This document shows positions 56,536 through 64,000 of a stretch of DNA of 64,000 nt, one piece after another (positions within the stretch are counted from its first letter, which is position 1; the number at the start of each line of letters is the position of its first letter). The position numbers were made by a program, and so were the translations under genes. The notes beneath the pieces are model-generated. The model was not told where the DNA came from, ran no database searches, and saw only the letters and a list, made by a program, of their open reading frames with translations. Origin of the DNA: an uncultured Gemmatimonadaceae bacterium (GTDB lineage: Bacteria > Gemmatimonadota > Gemmatimonadetes > Gemmatimonadales > Gemmatimonadaceae). Where the stretch lies: NCBI GenBank assembly GCA_963761305.1, contig CAVXGK010000002.1, forward strand, positions 1,952,001 through 2,016,000, in the 5' to 3' direction.

Positions 56536-56979
56536 ATGGCGAATCGAATCGCGTGGGTCGTGGCCGCGTTGGCTGGGGCGTCGGCGCTGACGGCGTTTGC
56601 CCGCCGCGCGCCGGTGCCCGAGCCGACGCACACGGTATGGGACAGCGTGTACACGGCGGCGCAGGCCTCGCACGGCGACTCGCTCTACCATGCCACGTGC
56701 GTGAAGTGCCACGGCGCGACCCTCGGCGGCGGTGACCAGGGCTCACCACTCGTCGGCATGGCGTTCCTCGACAACTGGCGCGACCTGACGCTCGACCAGT
56801 TGTACGACAAGATCCGCACGACGATGCCACCCGACAATCCGAAGACGATCGCCACGCGCGACGTCGCCGATCTTCTCGCCTACCTCCTCGCGCAAAATCA
56901 GTTTCCCGCCGGCGCGAAGACGCTGACCGACAGCGTCGATCAGCTCAAGGACATCAAGATCACGTCGAGCCGCCCCTAG
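56536..56979 (+). CDS. Monoheme cytochrome c
   Basis: Signal peptide, VWDSVYTAAQA, CVKCH, TMPPDNP. Confidence 0.92.
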   Translation: MANRIAWVVAALAGASALTAFARRAPVPEPTHTVWDSVYTAAQASHGDSLYHATCVKCHGATLGGGDQGSPLVGMAFLDNWRDLTLDQLYDKIRTTMPPDNPKTIATRDVADLLAYLLAQNQFPAGAKTLTDSVDQLKDIKITSSRP

Positions 56980-58709
56980 CGAAGAGCGGGCGGCTTGGCT
57001 GGAGAGGGCACCTTGGCCGCGGCACTGTCCGCGGCCGTTTTCTTGGTGCTGTCGGCGGGCGCCGGCGGCGGCTCGTAATCCTTTTCAGGAATCTTGAACA
57101 GCTTGTCCTGCGGATCCTCGACGCCCATCACGCGCTTCGACATGTAGTCGCCGACCTTGGGGCCCATCTTGAACCCCTCGGCGTTGCCGCCCCCGGCGAT
57201 CCAGACGTTGTTCCAGCCGGGGTGATGATCGAAGATGAAGTTGCCGCTCGACGTCGACTCGTAGTGGCACGAGTGAGTCTGGGAGATCGGCGCGTCCTTG
57301 AGAATTGGAAAGCGATGCGCGACGAAGCGGCGTGTGCTGTCCAGCCGGGTTTGATCCACCCAGCGGTCGCTCGTGTCGGGATCCTGCTGCTGCGGCGGGA
57401 CGTCCTGCTGTTGGAACGCGCCGGCACCGGCTGCGCCCCGTCCACCGCCGCCAGCGTTCGCGCCGCCACGTCCCCCCCCTCCACCGCCGCGACCGCCGCG
57501 ACCTCCGCGACCTCCGCGACCCTCGGCCCCCGGCACCCCGGCTGACGACGTCTGCGCTCCCTGCGGCAACGCGGGAGCGCCGTCCGCCCCAGGGCCGCCC
57601 CGTCCGGCGCCGCGCCCGTCCGCGGCGACGACTTGATCCGGCGCGCGCTCCCCACCGCGAACGCGGAAGCCGCGGTTGTCGACCGGCAACGCGGCCCAAC
57701 CCGTCACGCCCGGGAAGTTGTAGCTCGGAAGGTTCGGATACGTAAACCGGTAGTCGCCGATCGGCGTCGCGTAGTAGCACACGTACCCCATCGGCACGCG
57801 CGTCTTCTTCGCGAAGAGCTCGGGGAACGTTTTGCCGAGCCACGGGCCGACCGCGTAGACGAAGGTGTCGGCGCGCACCGTGGCGCCGGTGTCGAGCTTG
57901 AGCTCAGTGAGCCGCCCATTGACGCTCTTTCCCGGCGAGGCGCGTCCGATGACGATCTTGCCGCCCAGATGCTCGAACGCAGCGGCGACCGACTGGCAGG
58001 CGCGACGCGCGCGCACGACGCCGGCGTCCGGTTCATACAACACGGCCGTGATGTCGTCCATCGAGATGATCGGGAACGACTTTCGGACGTCGTCCGGATT
58101 GAGGACCTGATACGGGATCTTGTTCTTGTCCCACCAGACCTTGCAACGGAGCTGGAAGTTGTCCCACTCCGAGCGCATGATCAGATCGCCGGTGACGTGG
58201 AAGAGGTTGAGCCGCAGGTCGCGTCCCCACTCGTCGTCGAACGCGATCCATTTCTTCATCGCCTCGCGCGCCCACAGCATCCAGACTTCGCCGAGTTCAC
58301 CGGGCCGGTCGCCGTAGGACGAGCGAACGCCGCGTGTCTCGTCGCCCGACGTCGATCGCGCGTTGCCCGCGCCGTACGCGTCGACGATGGTGACCTTCGC
58401 GCCCATCTTGCGCAGGTTGAGCGCGGTCCAACCGCCCCACGCACCGGCGCCCACGACGACGATGTCCGGCGACGCGCCCGAGCGAACGAACGGAACGCGC
58501 GGTGCCGGCTTGACGGTCGATTTGCCGAGGTTCGCGCGTCCGACGATCAGGGCGCCGGCGCTCGCGCCTGCCACTTTCAGGAAGTCGCGGCGGGCGAGCG
58601 GATTGTATGTGAAGTCCGGATTCTCCCCGGCGACGGGCGGGAGATCAGCGTCGTTGGTGGTCGGAGACGCGGCGGATTCGGAGGCAGGCGAGGTCGGATC
58701 GGTCGGCAT
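56976..58709 (-). CDS. Tat-exported FAD-dependent oxidoreductase (DAO/sarcosine oxidase-like)
   Basis: RRDFLK, VVGAGAWG, STSGDETR, HSCHYE, GFKMGP. Confidence 0.9.
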   Translation of the reverse strand: MPTDPTSPASESAASPTTNDADLPPVAGENPDFTYNPLARRDFLKVAGASAGALIVGRANLGKSTVKPAPRVPFVRSGASPDIVVVGAGAWGGWTALNLRKMGAKVTIVDAYGAGNARSTSGDETRGVRSSYGDRPGELGEVWMLWAREAMKKWIAFDDEWGRDLRLNLFHVTGDLIMRSEWDNFQLRCKVWWDKNKIPYQVLNPDDVRKSFPIISMDDITAVLYEPDAGVVRARRACQSVAAAFEHLGGKIVIGRASPGKSVNGRLTELKLDTGATVRADTFVYAVGPWLGKTFPELFAKKTRVPMGYVCYYATPIGDYRFTYPNLPSYNFPGVTGWAALPVDNRGFRVRGGERAPDQVVAADGRGAGRGGPGADGAPALPQGAQTSSAGVPGAEGRGGRGGRGGRGGGGGGRGGANAGGGGRGAAGAGAFQQQDVPPQQQDPDTSDRWVDQTRLDSTRRFVAHRFPILKDAPISQTHSCHYESTSSGNFIFDHHPGWNNVWIAGGGNAEGFKMGPKVGDYMSKRVMGVEDPQDKLFKIPEKDYEPPPAPADSTKKTAADSAAAKVPSPAKPPALR

Positions 58710-58869
58710 TCCGGACGGGTGAGGAACGCTGCACAAGATGTCGTGCGGACCGGCCCAAATCAAACGTGAGACGGTCGCGAAACAGCGCGCGCGCGATATT
58801 ATTGGCGTGTTCGCCACGAGTTGCACGCCCGGATGATTCGCCGGCGTGCGAGCCTTGGGAGAGACCTGG

Positions 58870-59370
58870 ATGCGGAACCGCCGTCTGAGATTCATGGTGT
58901 GGGCCACACTGATCGTCGGCTGCGCGACCGCGGCGCCCAACGTGCGCCCGCCGCTCGGCGCGAACCTCGCGCGCGGCGCCCTCACCGGCGCGCCAGTGCC
59001 GCTGCGCTTCGACCCGAACGCCAAGGTCATCAGGTCCACGGCGGCCAATCTTCCGCCCGCGTCGTACTCGGCAGCGCAGGCCGCGCGGGGCGAAGCGGTG
59101 TACGGCAACACGTGCGGCGCGTGCCATCAACCCGGGTCGCTCGTCGGCCAGGAGTTCGTCGAATCGTGGAGCGACCGCCGCGTTTACGACTTCTACGCGC
59201 TCGTGCGCGGCACGATGCCGCTGGACAATCCCGGCGGCCTCAAGGACCAGGAATACCTCGACGTGATCGCGTACTTGCTCAAGGCGAATCACGCCCCCGC
59301 CGGGACCGACTCGCTGGCCGTCGACACTGTTGCGCTTCGCGCACACAAGATCGCCGTTCACTTTCCGTAG
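58870..59370 (+). CDS. Monoheme cytochrome c, probable lipoprotein
   Basis: LIVGC lipobox, YSAAQAARG, CGACH, TMPLDNPG. Confidence 0.9.
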   Translation: MRNRRLRFMVWATLIVGCATAAPNVRPPLGANLARGALTGAPVPLRFDPNAKVIRSTAANLPPASYSAAQAARGEAVYGNTCGACHQPGSLVGQEFVESWSDRRVYDFYALVRGTMPLDNPGGLKDQEYLDVIAYLLKANHAPAGTDSLAVDTVALRAHKIAVHFP

Positions 59371-59392
59371 GTCTTCTTCGACGAGGACGCCG

Positions 59393-60562
59393 ATGGCCGC
59401 TCACTCGCGCTCCCTCGCGCGCTGTATTGCGCGCTCGCTGGCCGTGATTTCATCGGTAGCCGCGCCGCTGGCGGCGCCGCTCGCCGCGCAGACGCCGTCG
59501 TCGGCGACGATGCCGCCGATCAACGACCTACCCAACCCGTTCCGCGTCGATACGACGTGGGCCAAGCTGCCCCCGGGCCGCACGTGGGGATCCACGAGCG
59601 CGGTGGCGATCGATCGCGACGGCAAGAGCGTGTGGATGGCCGAGCGCTGCGGCTCGAACAGCTGCGCCACCTCGACCCTCGATCCGGTGATCAAGTTCGA
59701 CGCGAACGGCAACGCCGTCGCGCACTTCGGCGCGGGACTGATCGTCGCGCCGCACGGCATCTTCGTCGACAAGGACGATAACGTCTGGGTCGTCGACTGC
59801 GCGTGCACCGGCGGCGGCGGACGTCGCGGCGGCGGCGGCGCGCCACCCGCGGGCGCGGCAGGCGCAGGCCGCGGCGCCGATTCGACCGCTCCGCCCAAGG
59901 GACATCAGATCTTCGAGTTCAGCCCCGACGGCAAGCTGCTCCGCACGCTCGGCAAGCCGGGCGGCGCGCGCGACCCGGACTACTTCTTCCAGCCGAACGC
60001 CATCCTGATCGCGCCCAACGGCGACATGTTCGTCTCCGAAGGCCATTCGTCGGCGCCTGGCAGCGCCGCGCGTCTATACAAATTTTCCAAAGACGGCACG
60101 CTCATCAAAGCGTGGGGCCAGCTCGGCAACGGTCCCGACGATTTCGATCAGCCGCACGCGCTGGCGATGGATTCGAAGGGTCGTCTGTTCGTCGGCGACC
60201 GCGGCAACAACCGGATCAAGATCTTCGACCAGGACGGCAAGCTGCTCGACACGTGGTACCAGTTCAGCCGCCCGAGCGGCATCGTCATCGACGCCCAGGA
60301 CAACATCTACGTCGCGGATTCGGAGTCGCAGTCCGTCGGGAGCGGGCGCACTCGCGAGTGGAAGCGCGGAATCCGCATCGGCAATGCGAAGGACGGCTCG
60401 GTGAAGTACTTCATCCCGGATCCCGTCTCGAATGCGACGAACACCAGTTCAGCGGAAGGCGTGGCTGCGGACGCGGCGGGGCACATCTACGGCGCCGAGG
60501 TCGGGCCGCAGGTGTACGGTGACGCGGCGACCGCGCACTTGAAGCGGTATACGAAACAGTAG
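59393..60562 (+). CDS. NHL-repeat beta-propeller (peptidyl-alpha-hydroxyglycine lyase-like), secreted
   Basis: PHGIFVD, FFQPNAI, FDQPHALAMD, DRGNNRIKIFD, SRPSGI. Confidence 0.88.
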   Translation: MAAHSRSLARCIARSLAVISSVAAPLAAPLAAQTPSSATMPPINDLPNPFRVDTTWAKLPPGRTWGSTSAVAIDRDGKSVWMAERCGSNSCATSTLDPVIKFDANGNAVAHFGAGLIVAPHGIFVDKDDNVWVVDCACTGGGGRRGGGGAPPAGAAGAGRGADSTAPPKGHQIFEFSPDGKLLRTLGKPGGARDPDYFFQPNAILIAPNGDMFVSEGHSSAPGSAARLYKFSKDGTLIKAWGQLGNGPDDFDQPHALAMDSKGRLFVGDRGNNRIKIFDQDGKLLDTWYQFSRPSGIVIDAQDNIYVADSESQSVGSGRTREWKRGIRIGNAKDGSVKYFIPDPVSNATNTSSAEGVAADAAGHIYGAEVGPQVYGDAATAHLKRYTKQ

Positions 60563-60718
60563 GTGGACCGGTAGACCGCAAGAAGTCAGACGTCTGATGT
60601 CAGATGTCTGACGTCAGATATCTCGATTCGCGCCGTCCACCCGTCCACCCGTCCACCCGTCCACCCGTCCACCCGTCCCGACCGTCCGTCCACCTGTCCA
60701 CCTGTCCACCTGTCCACC
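60562..60718. repeat. Composite short-repeat block between convergent genes
   Basis: ggtggacc ggtagacc; five 7-mers tcagacg/tctgatg (60586-60620); (ccgtccac)x5 and (ctgtccac)x3. Confidence 0.85.
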
Positions 60719-63037
60719 CTACTTGTTGCTGTCCACCGCCTTCCTCGGCAACGCGAGCGCGATGAGACCCGTGTGATCGCCGACGCCCGTGGCGAACACG
60801 ATGTACTGGCGGCCCTGGTGCAGGAACGTCATCGGCACCGCTGAATTCACGCTCGGCACCGGCACCGCGCCGACCTGCTTGCCCGTCGCCTTGTCGAAAG
60901 CGAACAGCTGCGGCTGAATTGCGGGCGCACCGGCACCAGCGCCGCCACGACCACCGCCGGCGCCTCTGCCGCCTCGCGCGCCGGCGCGTCCGCCGCCCGG
61001 CGCGCCGCTGCGGCCGGTGCCGTGGATGACGCAGCGTCTTGGTCGTGATCACTTCAGCCTGACCGCCGAGCGCGGGGATCTTCGGCAGATTCACGCCGGC
61101 GAAGAGCGGATCGTTCGTCGCGAGCTGGCGCCACGCGTTGCCGTTCGGCACCCACCACTTCTTCTCGCCACTGTTGAGATCGTACGCCGTGACGCCGCCC
61201 ATCTCCTTCGCTTTGAGAATCGGGATGCCGCCGATCGTCGTCGACGCGCGCGGCTGCGAACGCACCCGCGCCGGTGTCCGCTGTGACGTAGGCTTTCGGC
61301 CGCGGCAGCGCGCCGAGCAGACCGCAGCTGTCGTGCGGTTGGCTGTAGCGGTGCTCCGAACACGGATCGTGCTCCACTTCGATCGTGCCGAGGCCGCTCT
61401 GGCCGCCGACGTAGATCATGCCGGTTTCGGGATCGGCCGCCGTGCCGCCGTCGATGTTCACGCCGCCGGCCGCGCCGGGCGCGTACCAGGAGCAGCGGTA
61501 CTTCGAGGGACCGTTGGCGCCCTTGCCGTCGGCGGGCGAGGCCGGAATGAAGTACGGACCCATGCGGCACTTCTGAGCGAGCTTCAATGCGGAATCTTTG
61601 ATCGCCGGCGTGTAGTCGATGAGATCGGTCGCGCATGAGGCCCTGCTGCGCGTACGGCTCCGGGCGTGTCGGAATCGGTTGCGTCGGCGACGTCTGCTCG
61701 CCCGGCACTTCGCTCTGCAGCACCGGCGTCTCCGGCATCGGCCAGATCGGCTGGCCCGTCACGCGATCGAGGACGTAGACCCAGCCCTGCTTCGTCGTCG
61801 CGGCGATGATCTTGCGCGGCTGGCCGTTGATCGTGACGTCGAGGAGATTCGGCGCCATCGGCGTGTCGTAGTCCCAGATGTCGTGGTGCACGAACTGGAA
61901 ATGCCACTTCCGTTTTCCGGTCTTCGCGTCGATCGCGACGACGCTGTTCGCGAACAGGTTGTTGCCTGGACGATAGCCGCCGTACTCGTCGCTCAAACCT
62001 TCGCCGACGGGGATGTAGACGAGACCCAGTTCGGGATCGGCGCTGTACGTCGCCCACGCGTCGTTCTTGCCGACGCCGATCGTCCCGATCTTCGAGCCGT
62101 TCTTCCACGTCTCGGCGCCGAACTCGCCCGGCTGCGGAATGAGGTTGAATTTCCAGAGCTGCTTGCCCGTGTGCACGTCGAAGCCGCGGATGAAACCAGG
62201 GATGTTGTGCAGTCGTGCAGCGGGTAGTAGCCGTGCATCGACGAGTTGCCGACGACGATCACGTCGCCGACGACGATCGCCGGCGAGCTGTTGCGCGATC
62301 TGTCCCTGCGCCGGATCGATGCCCATCGTGCCGTCGGCGCCGGTCTTCGTCACCGGATTCCACTTCTCGCCGGGCTTCGCCTTTCGCGCCGGCGCGGCTT
62401 CGCTGATGATCGAGCGGACCCGAGTCGTCGACCGCGAGCGGCACGAGCGGATAGCCGAGTCCTTCCATGAGGTCGACGACGCCGTCCTTGCCGAAGTTCG
62501 GGTCGCCCTTCCCCGTCTTCGCGTCGATCGACGCGAGATGATAGCCCGGCGTGATGACGATCGCGCGCTCCTGCGTGCCGTCCGTCCAATACGCGAGTCC
62601 GCGGCCGGCGAATTGGCGCGGCGCCTTCTGCCAGCGAATGCCCTCGTCGATGCCCCACTGCCAGATCGTCTGGCCCGTCGTGGGATCGATCGCGAACGCG
62701 TTTGCGCCGCGTCGTCGCCACGGTGAGCAGCTTGCCGTTCGGCGTAGAGCGGCGTCGTGCGATAGTACTCGTCCTCGCCGTACGTGCCCGCGTTCCACTG
62801 CCACGCGACCTGCAGCGAGTCGAAGTTCGTGGCGTTGATCTGGTCGAGCGCCGAGTAGCGCGTGCTCCACGCGTCCGCGCCCCAGTAGCGCCATTCGCCC
62901 GGCTTGTTGCCGCGCACGAGCTGCGCTCCTTGTCGCGCGCTCAATCGCGTCGCGCCGAAGAAGGCGGTGCCAAGGATCAGCAGAGTCACCGGAACCGCCG
63001 TTCCGATGAAGCGCCGCGTCATCCAGCGTCGCGTCAT
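60719..63037 (-). pseudogene. PQQ-dependent dehydrogenase (glucose/quinate-type), broken by about 8 frameshifts that are probably sequence errors
   Basis: Motifs spread over three frames: TRYSALDQIN, RGLAYW, GFIRGFDV, WHFQFVHHDIWDYD, PMTFLHQGRQYIV. Confidence 0.85.
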
Positions 63038-63547
63038 GGCTTTTTCCTCTTTGGTGGTGGAGTCGGCTTGGCTTCGATTCGATATTGCTTGAGCGAATCG
63101 ACGTCGGCGGGCAACTCGTTCGGCCCGACCGGCATCGCGTTCATCTTGAGCAGGTACGCCATCACGTCGGCGACGTCTTCCGGCGCCAGGCTCCCCGGAT
63201 CGTTCTTGGGCATCCGCGTGCTGACGTAGGCAAATAGATCAGACAGATGCCTTCCGCGCCACAATTTGTTGAAGGTCGCGCCCGTGTGCGAGGCCGGCGT
63301 GTGGCAGGACCGGCAACTGTTCGAGGTACACGTCCTTGCCGCGCGACGCCTGCTCGTCGGTGTACACGCCGTCGAGCGTCGAGGGGCCCTTTACCTTGGC
63401 GGTGTCGGCCGCCGCCGGATGGGTGGCTGACGCCGCCGAATGGGTCGCCGCCGGCTGCTTGGTCTGCGCACCGGCTCCGGCGGCCGCAGCAGCCGAGACG
63501 ACGACCAGCGCGCACGCCCATCGCCGGCTTTGGTCCCTGCCCGTCAT
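63034..63547 (-). CDS. Monoheme cytochrome c (frameshift near 63323)
   Basis: TLDGVYTDEQASRG in one frame; CRSCH and RMPKNDPG in another. Confidence 0.8.
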
Positions 63548-64000
63548 TTCGCGTCGCCCGCCGCCAGGCGCGACCCGCGGGTCAGCCGACCGTAGAGCTC
63601 GAATACGCCCCAGGCGGCCGCGACGATGAACACGACGAACATCAAGCCGCGCAGCGCGCTGGCGGCGAACGCGGGCGTCGAGGTCCGGCATCTCGATGTG
63701 GTAGCTGGCGAGCACGGCCCCGCGGTCGAGCATCCAGTGCCAGGCCGTGTGCGCGACGAACGCCGACAGGATGATCGTCCCCATGCGCTCCTGGACGACG
63801 TGCGAGAAGATCCAGTTGAGCGCCGGCACCGCGACCGCGAGCACCGCCAATTGGCCGAGCTCCACGCCCAGGTTGAATGACACGAGCGACGTCGCCAAGT
63901 GTGACCCGGCGAACTGCAGCGACTCGCGCAGCGCGAACGAGAAGCCGAAGCCGTGCACGAGCCCGAACCCGAACGCCACGATCCAGCGTCGCTCGAGCTT
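63544..64000 (-). CDS. HupE/UreJ family membrane protein, C-terminal part (frameshift near 63675)
   Basis: FGLVHGFGFS, SFNLGVELGQ, HTAWHW; ATGA overlap with the cytochrome gene. Confidence 0.85.
   Translation of the reverse strand, partial: SSSDAGSWRSGSGSCTASASRSRCASRCSSPGHTWRRRSCHSTWAWSSANWRCSRSRCRRSTGSSRTSSRSAWGRSSCRRSSRTRPGTGCSTAGPCSPATTSRCRTSTPAFAASALRGLMFVVFIVAAAWGVFELYGRLTRGSRLAAGDAK

Noticed and set aside
58710..59111. N-terminal extension of the FAD oxidase ORF
   Set aside because: It overlaps the opposite-strand cytochrome c gene; the Tat motif supports a start near 58709.
60719..63037. Programmed ribosomal frameshifting
   Set aside because: There are too many shifts, no consistent slippery sites, and neighbouring genes are also affected.
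1..64000. rRNA, tRNA (including tRNA-Sec), prophage or integrase
   Set aside because: I recognised no such sequence by eye; a covariance-model search would be needed to exclude small RNAs.

Overview
High-GC bacterial chromosomal segment, probably Gemmatimonadota; this is inferred from gene content and style, not from a marker gene. It holds about 46 genes. Most are exported hydrolases: peptidases M14, M13, M1, S41/tricorn, S8 and two CPBP; glycosidases GH3, GH18 and GH29; and two VPS10/BNR-repeat proteins. It also has an ABC-2 exporter, a GT4 plus glycogen-debranching pair, mscL, ilvE, a PlcP-like phosphoesterase with a glycosyltransferase, and a periplasmic redox cluster (three related c-type cytochromes, a Tat-exported FAD oxidase, an NHL protein, a PQQ dehydrogenase and HupE/UreJ). 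I saw no rRNA, tRNA, CRISPR array, integrase or transposase. Most notable: (1) an OsmC-family gene whose second catalytic Cys codon is an in-frame TGA followed by a SECIS-like hairpin, a probable selenoprotein; (2) a family of ~100-bp palindromic ACACAAACGGA elements at five intergenic sites, two of them flanking a GxxExxY nuclease-fold gene, suggesting a REP/RAYT-like system; (3) a promoter, 28-aa leader peptide and terminator ahead of the ABC exporter; (4) Gly/Arg-rich inserts confined to exported proteins, often next to D-S/T-x motifs; (5) a duplicated hypothetical gene joined head-to-head to a truncated gene. The last ~3.3 kb has many frameshifts, probably sequencing or assembly errors.
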